Shown: positions 1-10,599 of the stretch, piece by piece | Numbering within the stretch: the first letter of the stretch is position 1 | Layout of the letters: each line of letters opens with the position of its first letter | From: Promethearchaeia archaeon | Lineage (GTDB): Archaea > Asgardarchaeota > Lokiarchaeia > Sigyniarchaeales > SOKP01 | NCBI GenBank assembly: GCA_046483985.1 | Contig: JAWOCD010000017.1 | Location: 1 to 64,000 of the forward strand | DNA length: 64,000 nucleotides | Direction of reading: 5' to 3' | The notes under the pieces: model-generated | What the model saw: the letters and a program-made list of their open reading frames with translations, nothing else | What the model was told of the DNA's origin: nothing | Databases searched by the model: none | Made by a program: the position numbers and the translations under genes

Positions 1-190
1 CGCTGCCGCATAAAACATCCCGATTAATAAGGGGGGTTGGCCCATTATATTAACAAAATATAATAAATTCAAATTGACTAAAATACTTACCACCGCCTAT
101 TTCCCGCATTAGATAATGCATAGAAAGTCGCCTTTCGCGTTGATAAGGTGCGCAGTTCCTTTTAGTTTTTCTTTGGACTCTCGTTATTCA
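1..190 (-). pseudogene. Frameshifted 5' part of an MFS/GPH (MelB-like) transporter, running off the window edge
   Basis: Minus-strand frames give LSTRKATFYALSNAGN, then after a frameshift AVVSILVNLNLLYFVNIMGQPPLLIGMFYAAA, like the first helices of GPH transporters. No intact ORF. Confidence 0.4.
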
Positions 191-593
191 ATCCACACCG
201 GAATATGGTCATATCCCTCAATATATTTATAACCAAGTTCATCCCTAACCGTAGAGACTACGGGATTGGCGTTTGGAGAGGAGGTAAAACCGAGGTTATC
301 TATGTCGGCGATTTTCGATGAATTACGAATCCAGTCTCTGCCTCCTCATTGATTAATTAAGACGATAGCGATTGTACTACCCGTAGCAATCAAACCTAAT
401 GTCTGGATATTGCTCATAACTGTAATTATATTAATTGAAAGCTATTGATAGCTGTTGATACAAGCCGTGGACTCATTTTCTGTTTAAGATATATAGGGCT
501 TTCCGTATGTTAGAGAAGAAAAATCCGTGAAACTTAATAAATAAATATTAATACTCTCTAAAATACTTAATAAATAAATATAAACAGAAAACG

Positions 594-2543
594 ATGAATA
601 TTCTAATAGATTTCGAGCCCATTTCGAGGAGAGTCGAGCTTATCTCATTTGATAAAACGCTATATGAGATTTTAACGGAAATCGATGTAAAAATAAGATC
701 TGAGTGTGGCGGGGCTGGTAAATGCGGACAATGTAAGTTAAAAATACAAGAGGGTTCCCAATTTCTTAATAGTCCCACCTCCTCAGAGAAAAAGTTACTT
801 GATCGGAACCAGCTAGAGAAAGACATTCGATTAGCATGTCAAACTAAAATAAAAGCAAAGTATGAACAGGAATTGGGCGAAAAAAAACCCCCTCAAATTA
901 AGATTTATCTTCCAGAAGAATTACTAATTGAAGACTTCACGATTTTATCGTCCGGAAGCGGAAAAGGTATTGAATTAAACACCGCCGTTGAGAAAATCTT
1001 ACTTAATCTTGAAGAATCTAGCTTGGAAAAGCCCCTGGCTGATTTAGAAAGAACTTTAACATTTATCTCTCGGGAAAGACCCGAGCTGCAGATGCCCCTT
1101 AATATTGAATTTAGGTTATTAAAAGATTTGCCCCAACTATTAAGAAATAAAACGAATAAGGCAACTACCACGATTTGGAACGGTAAGGATATTATTAATA
1201 TCGAAGCGGGAAATCATATAAATGATAATTATGGAATTGCCTTTGACATCGGTACTACCACGTTAGTCGGATATTTAATTAATCTTAACAACCAAAAGGT
1301 TTATGCAATAGATTCCAAATTAAATCCTCAAACTGCTCATGGGGAGGATGTAATTACGAGAATAACCTTTATTAAGGACAATGAAAATGGACTTCCACTC
1401 CTTCAAGATTCCGTGTTAGGAGCTTTGAACGAGATTATTGATAGGGTGTGTGAAAAGGCCGAAATATCTCCCTCTCAAATTTATGAGGCAACTATTGTGG
1501 GTAATTCAGTGATGCATCATATCTTCTTAGGTTTGACTCCGATTCATATTGGCTTAAGTCCATATGTACCAGTAGTTCAGCAGGGAATGCATATAAAGGC
1601 TAAAAAAGTTGGTTTACAGATTTCGAAATATGGGAAAATATACACGCTCCCCTTAATTGCAGGATTTGTTGGAGCCGATACCATGGGAGTAATTCTTTCT
1701 TCTGAAATTTACAAGGAGGAGCCCTTAACTTTAGCAATTGATATCGGGACAAACGGGGAAATTATCTTAGGTAATGAAAATGTATTAGTCACGGGAAGTT
1801 GTGCCGCGGGTTCTGCTTTAGAAGGGGCCCATATAGCTTATGGTATGAGGGCTGCGGCTGGGGCAATCGAAGCACTCAAAATTGATCCCGAGACCTTGGA
1901 AGTTTCCTATGAAACGATCAAAGATAAGAACCCCATCGGGTTATGCGGTTCGGGCTTAATCGACGCTGTTGCCGAGATGTTAAAAGCAAAAATTTTGACA
2001 AGGAGTGGGGCGTTTAATAAAGAACTATTAGATCATAATCGATTTATAATACAAGATGATAAGAAAAAATTTATTATTGCGTATGAGCACGAGACCCCCA
2101 TGGATTCCCCTATAACACTTTCTCTCCAAGATATTCGGGAGATCCAAATGGCCAAAGGGGCCTTTTATTCGGGTGCCCGATTATTGCTAAATCATCTTAG
2201 GGAAAAATATAATAAGGAATTTAAAATCGAGCAGGTGTTTTTAGCTGGAGCTTTTGGAAATTATATTGATAAGGAAAATGCTCGATTTATTGGAATGATC
2301 CCCGATATTGAATCAGACGAGATTTATCAGATTGGAAATGCAGCTGGTATCGGTGCTCAATATTGTCTCATAAATAAGGATTACCGAAAGAAGGCAACAC
2401 AACTCTTGGAAAAAATCGATTATATTGAAATTGCCGTTGAGAAAAAGTTCCAAAGAGAGTATGCGGAAGCTATGTACTTTCCCCACCTAAATTTAGATTT
2501 GTTTCCAAACCTTAAACTATACGAAACTATACCAAAACGATAA
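594..2543 (+). CDS. RACo-type reductive activator of corrinoid proteins (2Fe-2S + ASKHA ATPase, DUF4445)
   Basis: N-terminal CGGAGKCGQC...RLACQ 2Fe-2S domain; ASKHA motifs DIGTTT, DIGTNGE, CAAGSALEG, LAGAFG, GNAAG. Confidence 0.93.
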   Translation: MNILIDFEPISRRVELISFDKTLYEILTEIDVKIRSECGGAGKCGQCKLKIQEGSQFLNSPTSSEKKLLDRNQLEKDIRLACQTKIKAKYEQELGEKKPPQIKIYLPEELLIEDFTILSSGSGKGIELNTAVEKILLNLEESSLEKPLADLERTLTFISRERPELQMPLNIEFRLLKDLPQLLRNKTNKATTTIWNGKDIINIEAGNHINDNYGIAFDIGTTTLVGYLINLNNQKVYAIDSKLNPQTAHGEDVITRITFIKDNENGLPLLQDSVLGALNEIIDRVCEKAEISPSQIYEATIVGNSVMHHIFLGLTPIHIGLSPYVPVVQQGMHIKAKKVGLQISKYGKIYTLPLIAGFVGADTMGVILSSEIYKEEPLTLAIDIGTNGEIILGNENVLVTGSCAAGSALEGAHIAYGMRAAAGAIEALKIDPETLEVSYETIKDKNPIGLCGSGLIDAVAEMLKAKILTRSGAFNKELLDHNRFIIQDDKKKFIIAYEHETPMDSPITLSLQDIREIQMAKGAFYSGARLLLNHLREKYNKEFKIEQVFLAGAFGNYIDKENARFIGMIPDIESDEIYQIGNAAGIGAQYCLINKDYRKKATQLLEKIDYIEIAVEKKFQREYAEAMYFPHLNLDLFPNLKLYETIPKR

Positions 2544-2566
2544 CTCAAGATTTTAAATAAATTTGT

Positions 2567-3178
2567 CTAGTTTCTTCCGATAATATAGAAGAAATTTTTA
2601 TCATCCCGTTGTTTTATTATTTCTAAATTCGCTTCTCTCAGCATTTGAGTTAAATGTTTCATCGGCGGTAATCTGTGATCCGAAACGATTCTCTCCCCAT
2701 CTTTATGAATATCATTAATTTTTTTTCTGGATTGGGAGTGTGCGATCATTAATTTCCCTCCTCTGTTTAACAAATGAGTTAATTTTTTAATTGTGAACTC
2801 TTGATCTAAGAAGTGGGGAAAGCAAGAATAACAAAGGATCACATCAACTTTATCTTCAATTTCAAGCTTATTGATGTCTCCCACAACGAACTCGATGGTA
2901 GGAGGGAGCTTTTCATATTTCTCCCTCGCAATAGCCACCATTTTTTCAGAAATATCAATTGCAACAACTTTTCCCTCTTTTTTTACTCTATCCGATAAAT
3001 AGGGAATCATAACTCCCGTTCCGGTACCTACATCAAGCACATTTGAACCTTTTTTTATATTTAAGGCGTCAATAATGAGTCTTAATTTATCGGGATCATG
3101 GGTAACCTCCTCATCCCACTTTTCTGCATGGTTGTTAAAGTATTCTTTTATGTGTTTTAATCTGCCCATTTTTCTCAT
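2567..3178 (-). CDS. Class I SAM-dependent methyltransferase
   Basis: VLDVGTGTG motif I, AIDIS, FPHF; last gene of the ABC operon. Confidence 0.9.
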   Translation of the reverse strand: MRKMGRLKHIKEYFNNHAEKWDEEVTHDPDKLRLIIDALNIKKGSNVLDVGTGTGVMIPYLSDRVKKEGKVVAIDISEKMVAIAREKYEKLPPTIEFVVGDINKLEIEDKVDVILCYSCFPHFLDQEFTIKKLTHLLNRGGKLMIAHSQSRKKINDIHKDGERIVSDHRLPPMKHLTQMLREANLEIIKQRDDKNFFYIIGRN

Positions 3179-3188
3179 TTTTTCTATA

Positions 3189-4175
3189 TTATTTAATTTT
3201 TATATTTCTTATTTTTTCAAATGGGTTTTTTGCTCCGTTTTTTCTCTCCTTCCTTTTAGTCTTTTGATGTTTAGGACTGAGGAGAACCGAAAGAGCAAAA
3301 ATTATCGATGAGAATACAATGATCGAAGATGCAAACGGAAAATCCATCCATAATGATAAATAAATACCCCCAAAAATAGTTAATAATCCAACAATGGGAG
3401 AAAAGATAAATAATTTCTTTGTATCATACACGAATTGATACACGGTGGAGGTGGGATTAACAATCATTGCATACACCAAAAACGCTCCGACTATATTTAT
3501 TGAAAATGAAACGGCAATTGCGGTGGCGAGTAAAATCAAAAACTTAAAAAAGGCGACATTTATTCCGGCGGCTAATGCCATTTTACGATTTAACAGAATA
3601 CTCATTAGTTCTTTATAAAAAACGATTATTAGCAGAATAATTGAAACATTTAAAATAATTAATACTGTTAGCTCTTCAGTGCTTAGACCAAATAAACTAC
3701 CCCATATAATGCCCATAGCACCTGCTGATGTTACGCCTTCTGGCATCAAACTAAGAAAAATAAAACCCAAGGCAATCATAAGTGAGAATAAGATTCCGAG
3801 TATTATGTTTGAATCCAATTTTGTTTTATCGGATAATGGACCCAGTAAAAAGGCAATTAAAATCGTAAAAAGCGTTGCCACATAAACGGGTTCAACTTGG
3901 CTTCCATAGGATTGTAGTAATAATCCAAGAGCAGCGCCAGCAAAAGCCGCATGACTCATGGAAAAACCTACGGTGGTTATCTTCATATGAACTACGAAAG
4001 TGCCCACAATACTCAGCGCAAACGCCGCCAAGCTGGCACTTACAATTATCTTAATCATCATATTTCTTGGTAAGGTGACAATGGTGAAATCTCTAAAGAG
4101 AATAGAGTACATTGATACCAGTAAGACTCCCAGTAGACAGAGCATAATGGCTGCAATTATCTTTTTCCCTCTCAT
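3189..4175 (-). CDS. Zn/Mn-type ABC transporter permease (ZnuB/ABC-3 family)
   Basis: MSHAAFAGAALG and IVGAFLVYAMIVNP motifs; about 9 hydrophobic helices. Confidence 0.9.
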   Translation of the reverse strand: MRGKKIIAAIMLCLLGVLLVSMYSILFRDFTIVTLPRNMMIKIIVSASLAAFALSIVGTFVVHMKITTVGFSMSHAAFAGAALGLLLQSYGSQVEPVYVATLFTILIAFLLGPLSDKTKLDSNIILGILFSLMIALGFIFLSLMPEGVTSAGAMGIIWGSLFGLSTEELTVLIILNVSIILLIIVFYKELMSILLNRKMALAAGINVAFFKFLILLATAIAVSFSINIVGAFLVYAMIVNPTSTVYQFVYDTKKLFIFSPIVGLLTIFGGIYLSLWMDFPFASSIIVFSSIIFALSVLLSPKHQKTKRKERKNGAKNPFEKIRNIKIK

Positions 4176-4233
4176 TTATTATTTTCCTCTCTCAGTTATA
4201 ATTGAATCCTCTCTATCTTTAATAAAAAAGTGT

Positions 4234-5070
4234 TCACATAAAGTGGCAATATGCCTTGAATTTTTCAGATTTCAATGCTGTTTCTGGTTTAGCGTCCAAA
4301 ACGATTCTTCCTTTTTGAACCATAATCACTCTATCGATACCTCTCGGTATTTTACTCCTATGAGCCACACATAAAATTGTAGTATTGGCAAGACGGTTAA
4401 GCCGCAGAAATAATTTAAAAACTTTTTTTCGAGCATTTACATCTAAACTTGCGAATGGCTCATCTAATAATAATATCTCCGGTTCTGCAGCGAGAATATT
4501 TGCAATCCTAACCTTTTGTTGCATACCACCCGAAAGTTTCCCAATAGGGCGATCCCAGTAGTCCTCTACTTCCTTTTTATTTCTTATCGCGTCATAACAA
4601 TATCTGGCAATTTTTCGATCATCGTTTGTAAGAAAATTAAATAGACCTAATCTCCCAGAGCGCCCGGTCAGTAGAGCTGTTTTAACCAGAAAGGGAGTAT
4701 GAGGGCCAAACTCAACCCCTTGAATTAAATATCCGGTTTTCCTTCTAACTTGACGTGTATTCTTGAAAACTGACTTTCCATTAACCTTGACTGACCCCTT
4801 TTCGATAGGTAACATACCGAGTATGGTCTCAAGTAACGTAGTTTTTCCGGACCCGTTCGGTCCGATAATGAGAACAAACTCCCCTTTATGAATTTTTAGA
4901 TTAATATTATGAAGGGTTGGATATCTTTCTCCTTCATAAACAGTATTTACATCTTCTAAAACTATGCATGAGGTGTCATCTTTTACTTGTTTTTTAGGGG
5001 GGATTTTCTCTGGAACCTGGTTGTTTATAGCCTCAAGAAATCGCTCATTATAGCTTTTTTTAAAAATCAT
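4234..5070 (-). CDS. Metal ABC transporter ATP-binding subunit (ZnuC-like)
   Basis: Walker A GPNGSGKT, signature LSGGMQQ, Walker B LLLDEP. Confidence 0.92.
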   Translation of the reverse strand: MIFKKSYNERFLEAINNQVPEKIPPKKQVKDDTSCIVLEDVNTVYEGERYPTLHNINLKIHKGEFVLIIGPNGSGKTTLLETILGMLPIEKGSVKVNGKSVFKNTRQVRRKTGYLIQGVEFGPHTPFLVKTALLTGRSGRLGLFNFLTNDDRKIARYCYDAIRNKKEVEDYWDRPIGKLSGGMQQKVRIANILAAEPEILLLDEPFASLDVNARKKVFKLFLRLNRLANTTILCVAHRSKIPRGIDRVIMVQKGRIVLDAKPETALKSEKFKAYCHFM

Positions 5071-6145
5071 GAGAATATGAATTTGAATTATTTTTATTTT
5101 TATTATATTCTTCTTTATGGTTTTTTTTTCTTTTTATCACTATCACTACAGCTACGGAACCTATTATTACGGCACCGCATATACCAATTATAAGAAGAAG
5201 TAAATTATCTTCCTTAGGTCTTGGGTCGGGATGCCCTTCAAGTTTCCATAGCAATAGGTCAACGTTCATTTCCAACTGCTCTAAATATGTTTCAGTTTCA
5301 TAAACTCCCGGAAAGTTTAATAACGCAACACTTAGAATACCTAGATCGTCTGCAACCTCTTTTCCCACCTCCGTGCCAGAAGGATAGTTCATGACAATGA
5401 GTTCCGCATCATTTTCCTCAGCTTTATCGGAAAGAGCCGAAATATCAGAAGGATCCATTGCATTATCATTTTCCTCCCAAGAACCAACTATATCAAATCC
5501 TAACCATCCCATAAATCCGTCTTGATTACTATTAATGTATGCTTTTCTTTTATGAAAATCGTATTGGTCTGCCTTTTCCTTTAAATCCATTTTCGTGTCT
5601 TCAATTTGCTGCAAATAATCATCACGATTTTCTTTGAAGGTTTCATTAAATTGCGAATAAGTGTCATTAAGTTTATTAGATATGACATTAACATATTCAG
5701 GAGCATTGTTCGGGTTCCCCCATGAACTGAAATTTACTAAAGGCCCTACTGCACATTTTGCATCCTCATTGTCGGCAGCCTCAAGTAAATTATCTAAATA
5801 TTCTCCTTCAAAGCCGTGACAGAATACAATGTCCACCTTTTCTGCTATATCAACATCGCTTGGAGAGTAATCATAATGTCCTGGACATGTACCCGATTCT
5901 ATGAGGACCGATACCTTTCCCTCACCGCCTATCACTTGTTGTGCGTAATCTCTTAATAATTGTGTTGTAGTCAATACATTTATAGCCGAATCGCCAGAAT
6001 CTTTTATGCTAGAATTCGAGTAGGAATCGATACCCCGATCATTCTGACCGCTAGGACAAGCTCGTCCAATCTGACCTGCCAATCCGATTAATAGGATTGT
6101 GATAGTTATTAAAAAATATACCGTGTTTCGCTTTTTTATGGGCAT
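5060..6145 (-). CDS. ZnuA/TroA-like substrate-binding protein with N-terminal signal and C-terminal membrane anchor
   Basis: VLTTTQLL..YAQQVIG, CPGHYDYSPSD, YLEQLEMN; C-terminal hydrophobic helix plus basic tail; first gene of the ABC operon. Confidence 0.85.
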   Translation of the reverse strand: MPIKKRNTVYFLITITILLIGLAGQIGRACPSGQNDRGIDSYSNSSIKDSGDSAINVLTTTQLLRDYAQQVIGGEGKVSVLIESGTCPGHYDYSPSDVDIAEKVDIVFCHGFEGEYLDNLLEAADNEDAKCAVGPLVNFSSWGNPNNAPEYVNVISNKLNDTYSQFNETFKENRDDYLQQIEDTKMDLKEKADQYDFHKRKAYINSNQDGFMGWLGFDIVGSWEENDNAMDPSDISALSDKAEENDAELIVMNYPSGTEVGKEVADDLGILSVALLNFPGVYETETYLEQLEMNVDLLLWKLEGHPDPRPKEDNLLLLIIGICGAVIIGSVAVVIVIKRKKNHKEEYNKNKNNSNSYSHDF

Positions 6146-6371
6146 TTTAATTTAACTTTCCATGAAAATATTACTAAATTATAGAATAATATTATTAATA
6201 AGTATTACTCTTTTATATTTTAATATGATAAATAAATTTAAGTCTATTACAAGGTTTCGGAAATCATAAAATATTATAAATTATTAAAGTCTAAGTCCGA
6301 ATTGCTTATATAATAACAATAAAAACTAATTATTAGACTACTTATAAGACTCTTTAAATTTTTAAATATGA

Positions 6372-7715
6372 ATGAAGAAGTTGTTTTATATGTTAGAATT
6401 ACGCTATCAGAAGGGATTGATTATTTTTGAAGGCGAATTTACCATCCCTCTGGCGAGAAAAGATGAAAGGATAAATAAATATGTTGCAGAAGGGATAAAA
6501 TATAAAGAGATCATTAATTATCTTGAAAGTTCAGAAAAACCTTATCGGGATAATGTATTGGATCTTCTTACAGGACTTGCAGATCTTAATTCGAATATTT
6601 CATTACGCCCTTATCAGAAAGAAGCGTTAAAAGCATGGAATGGAGAAAAACGTGGTATTGTTATTATGCCAACAGGGTCGGGAAAAACAATACTTGGTTT
6701 AAAAATTATCGAGCAGATTAATTCGGCAACATTAATTGTAGTTCCCACTTTAGATCTGGTTGCCCAATGGAAGAATGAAATAAAGGAAGCCTTTGATATT
6801 AAAGCAGGGGAATTTACCGGAGATTCCAAGGAGTTAAAAGAAATTACCGTAACCACGTACGATTCTGCATATCTCAATGCCGAATATCTGGGGAATAAAG
6901 TTAGATTAGTCATTTTTGATGAAGTGCATCATTTAGCATCGGAAGGCTATCGACAAATCGCCGAAACTTTTGCAACACCGTTCCGTTTAGGCTTAACTGC
7001 CACCTATGAGAGAGAAGATGGATTACATTCGGTTTTACCTCAAATTGTGGGAGAAGTGGTTTATAGGACTGATATCGACGACTTGGCGGGTGAATACTTG
7101 GCAGATTATAACGTGGAACGCATTTCAATCGAATTTACCCCCGATGAGAAGAAAAAGTATGAAAAAAATCGGAAAATCTTCAGAAATTACCTCATTTCCC
7201 GAAATATACAATTGAATAGTGCTAGTGATTTTCAGAAAATTGTTATGCGTTCTGGAAGAGATCCAGCTGCGAGATCTGCTATATTAGCACATAAAAAAGC
7301 CGAAAAAATTGCATTCAATTCCGAAAACAAAATAAAATTTTTAAGAACTGTTCTAAACAAAGAAGATCGGATAATTATCTTTACAAAATATAATTCGATG
7401 GTGTATAAGATCTCTCAAACTTTTTTTATCCCTTGTATCACCCATAAAACCAGTGCAAGGGAAAGAAAAAGGCTATTAAGGCAATTTCGGGGAGGGAAAT
7501 ACACGGCTATTGTTTCATCTCGGGTGCTCGATGAGGGAATTGATGTTCCAGAAGCCAATATTGGAGTTATAGTGAGCGGGACGGGGAGTGCTCGAGAGTA
7601 TATTCAACGACTGGGGAGATTATTACGGCCAAAGGAGAATAAACAAGCTATACTTTACGAGCTCGTAACGAAAGAGAGCACCGAAATAAACACAGCATAC
7701 AGGAGGAAAACATAA
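6372..7715 (+). CDS. xpb: XPB-family SF2 DNA helicase
   Basis: LRPYQKEAL, PTGSGKT, DEVHH, LGLTAT, RED motif, QRLGRLLR; stop overlaps the start of a Bax1-like gene. Confidence 0.9.
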   Translation: MKKLFYMLELRYQKGLIIFEGEFTIPLARKDERINKYVAEGIKYKEIINYLESSEKPYRDNVLDLLTGLADLNSNISLRPYQKEALKAWNGEKRGIVIMPTGSGKTILGLKIIEQINSATLIVVPTLDLVAQWKNEIKEAFDIKAGEFTGDSKELKEITVTTYDSAYLNAEYLGNKVRLVIFDEVHHLASEGYRQIAETFATPFRLGLTATYEREDGLHSVLPQIVGEVVYRTDIDDLAGEYLADYNVERISIEFTPDEKKKYEKNRKIFRNYLISRNIQLNSASDFQKIVMRSGRDPAARSAILAHKKAEKIAFNSENKIKFLRTVLNKEDRIIIFTKYNSMVYKISQTFFIPCITHKTSARERKRLLRQFRGGKYTAIVSSRVLDEGIDVPEANIGVIVSGTGSAREYIQRLGRLLRPKENKQAILYELVTKESTEINTAYRRKT

Positions 7716-9184
7716 TGTTTCCAAAAAGTTTGCTAAATGTTAGCCGGAGGAAAGGCAATCTCTATCCTAAATATCTAAAATTTTCGGAATATGAGGGGAT
7801 GGTAAAAAATGTTTTAACCCTCTTCCAATCATGTAAAGGGAAAAAATATGGGGTGCTAAAACGAGAAATTAAAAAACTCGAAAATCAAGTTAGTGATTAT
7901 AAAATTGTCAGAGGGTTGAGTACCTTATTAGAGCGAAAATGTACTTTTAGTTCGCCTTATGACATAGAGAGTGAGAAAGTCCGTAACTTTTTATTCAACC
8001 ACGGAATTGTCAAAACGGAGGAGCAGCGGAAAAAGGTCTTATCAAAAGCAAGCAAGTTTTTTGGGATGCCCCCTTCAAATATAGAGAAGGCAATGTTTGC
8101 CGATCTACCAAAAGAGCAAATTCTAACTGATTATAATCTACCAGCACCAATTTCATTATTAAAGTCTTATAATTTATCTCTTACCCAGACTGTGCTTATG
8201 AATTCTTTGGATTTGACTATTTTAATAGACTCTAATTTTCAACAGATATTTCGTCAAATTAATTATTTAGGATTAATGTATGAGACAGATGAAAAGAGCA
8301 TCCAAATTACTGGGCCGCTTTCAATTTTCCGAAAAACACGAAAATACGGAAAAGAAATTGCAAAATTAGTTCCGATAATTTTACACGGTGATTCATGGCA
8401 ATTAAAAGCAACTATAGAGTTAAAATATGGGTCCGAGGCAAAAATTTACGATTTTACTTTAAATTATAAGGATAAAGTTCCCCTTCCTAAGCGAAAGCTT
8501 AATGTCGAACCGTTTGATAGTAACGTGGAGGAACGCTTTTATAAAAAGTTCAAAAGCTTCAAAACCGGCTGGACCATAAAACGAGAGCCTACTTTCGTCA
8601 AAACGGGGGCGTATGTAACAGTACCCGACTTTGGATTCTATAACTACAGTAGGGAGATATTATTAGAAGTGGTAGGATTTTGGACTCCCGAATATCTAAA
8701 GAAAAAGATTGAAAAGCTTAAAAATGCAGATCAGCGCATTATTGCCGCAGTAAACAAGAAATTAAATTGCACGCGGGATGATTTCCCCGGAGAGGTAATT
8801 TTTTATACTAAGGAGATTCCGATAAAACCAATATTACAAATTCTTCAAAAAGCCGAAAAAGAATATATTCAAAATGAAGTTAAGAAACTTGACGATCTAA
8901 ATTTAACTGAAGATGTAGTCTCTGTTAAAGAAAAGGCTCAAGAACTAAATGTAGCGAAAAAAACAATAAAATCACTGAAAATTTCGGGGTATCACTTGGT
9001 GGGAGAAAAATTTATTTCTAATAAATTTTTAAAGGAACTGAAACGGGAAATCGGTCTAAAACGGCAATATTCCAAGATTAAGGAAATACTAGATAAATAT
9101 AATATCTCAAACAGCGTTTTGGATTTATTGGGGTATAAACTCATTTGGAAAGGATTAAAGCCCACCAAAATTGAAGAAATATAA
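7715..9184 (+). CDS. bax1: Bax1 endonuclease (DUF790), partner of XPB
   Basis: GPLSIF..TRKYG, FDSNVEERF, W.IKREP, PDF, LEVVGFWTPEYL PD-(D/E)xK motifs; translationally coupled to xpb. Confidence 0.9.
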   Translation: MFPKSLLNVSRRKGNLYPKYLKFSEYEGMVKNVLTLFQSCKGKKYGVLKREIKKLENQVSDYKIVRGLSTLLERKCTFSSPYDIESEKVRNFLFNHGIVKTEEQRKKVLSKASKFFGMPPSNIEKAMFADLPKEQILTDYNLPAPISLLKSYNLSLTQTVLMNSLDLTILIDSNFQQIFRQINYLGLMYETDEKSIQITGPLSIFRKTRKYGKEIAKLVPIILHGDSWQLKATIELKYGSEAKIYDFTLNYKDKVPLPKRKLNVEPFDSNVEERFYKKFKSFKTGWTIKREPTFVKTGAYVTVPDFGFYNYSREILLEVVGFWTPEYLKKKIEKLKNADQRIIAAVNKKLNCTRDDFPGEVIFYTKEIPIKPILQILQKAEKEYIQNEVKKLDDLNLTEDVVSVKEKAQELNVAKKTIKSLKISGYHLVGEKFISNKFLKELKREIGLKRQYSKIKEILDKYNISNSVLDLLGYKLIWKGLKPTKIEEI

Positions 9185-9212
9185 AATTTTAATTATAATT
9201 AAGCTTAAACGG

Positions 9213-10325
9213 TTATTCCTTCTCTTGAAGCTCTGCTCGCATAAGAAACACATTGTATGGACCCCATTGGGTCATTGTGAAATAAAAAATTCTGCCATTT
9301 TCTTCTGTATATACAGGATGCATATACGCTCCGTATAGTCCCGGATAGTCTATGGCGGAAACTAACTTGAACGGCTTACTCCACGGACCCCACGGATTTA
9401 TGGCTTTTCGCAATTCAATTGAATAAGTTCTTTCATTGAGATAAGTCATGATCCACCGTCCGATATATTCATTCCAGATGACCGATAATTCCCCCACCGG
9501 CGATTTTACGATCGTAAGACCGTTGCTATAATTGGGGCTCCAGATTTCTTGTTGACCTTGGAATCCCGATAAATATTCGTATGCATCTTGAGATTCAATC
9601 TTTTCGCTCGGAACACGCATAAGCTGAACTCCTCCAAATCTACCGCTTGGAATGCTCCAAAAATAGAGATAATCTCCTACAGGGGCGATTGCCGTTTGGA
9701 TGAAATTGCTATCCCCGGGCCACGTAAGATCTTCAAGAATTGTGAAACTATTTCCATTGTCGGTCGATTTTGCTACACCGCAATAGTTTGCATCCCAATG
9801 ACCGTGATCTCCCCACTGGTGAACAGACATAAAGTACAGATAGATATTTCCATTTACAGAAATGCCAGCCGTGGGTATTTTTGTAATTTCATCGCAATGA
9901 GAGGACGAGATAATTTGCTTCGCAACACCAGTTGAGTTCAAGATCATCCCATCAAATATGATACCGTCAGATGCGTTTTTATCACAAGTATATGCCATCG
10001 TATTTGAACGCCACATTTCTCCGCCTGCTCCGAATTGGTCTTCATGACGTGTCCCGAAGGTATCACCAAACACAAAATACATCTTCTGTTCATGTTTGAA
10101 CATGCTTCCAAGATCGGTTCCGTAGACCATGTATTGATCTGTGTGACTAGGGGAATTCTCTCCTGTTAATTGTATAACTTTAGAAACCGAGGCTATTCTT
10201 TGCCCTTCCTCCTCATTAAACAAACGATGAGGGCTTACTATTAATAGTAAACCTCCCAGATCAGCTAAGATGAGGACAGAAATTACTAATACCGAGATAT
10301 TTATTTCTAGAAATTCTTTTCCCAT
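9213..10325 (-). CDS. DUF4185 beta-propeller protein (GH183-like glycoside hydrolase) with N-terminal membrane anchor
   Basis: GTDLG, FGDTF, WRSN, IPT, STDNG, GELSV, GPWS, YGAYMHP motifs. Confidence 0.82.
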   Translation of the reverse strand: MGKEFLEINISVLVISVLILADLGGLLLIVSPHRLFNEEEGQRIASVSKVIQLTGENSPSHTDQYMVYGTDLGSMFKHEQKMYFVFGDTFGTRHEDQFGAGGEMWRSNTMAYTCDKNASDGIIFDGMILNSTGVAKQIISSSHCDEITKIPTAGISVNGNIYLYFMSVHQWGDHGHWDANYCGVAKSTDNGNSFTILEDLTWPGDSNFIQTAIAPVGDYLYFWSIPSGRFGGVQLMRVPSEKIESQDAYEYLSGFQGQQEIWSPNYSNGLTIVKSPVGELSVIWNEYIGRWIMTYLNERTYSIELRKAINPWGPWSKPFKLVSAIDYPGLYGAYMHPVYTEENGRIFYFTMTQWGPYNVFLMRAELQEKE

Positions 10326-10599
10326 TTTCTAATCAAATTAGTATATAGGTTGGTTATCAACCTTAAATTAAAGTTCAGTTTCTTTCTATAATTACGAAAG
10401 ATATTGATGCTAAGGTTTTTCTCAGAACCATTGTATAAGTATAAGATAGATATTAAGCTATTTAAGAATATGGTCTTAAAATATTTAGTGATTTAAACTT
10501 TTCCAAAAAAATGTAAATTAAAATACAAAGAACACAAATATAATTAATAGAAGTACCATAGAAGATTTAAATCAACCATCAATTTCTTCCTCATCCACC

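Noticed and set aside
4175-4260. Possible frameshift extending the ABC ATPase C-terminus
   Set aside because: The annotated frame already completes the domain; the alternative open frame is short and likely chance.
6372-9184. XPB as physical partner of the p44/p34-like proteins because they share this window
   Set aside because: They are about 24 kb apart and this XPB is coupled to Bax1, a known archaeal pair; proximity is not evidence.
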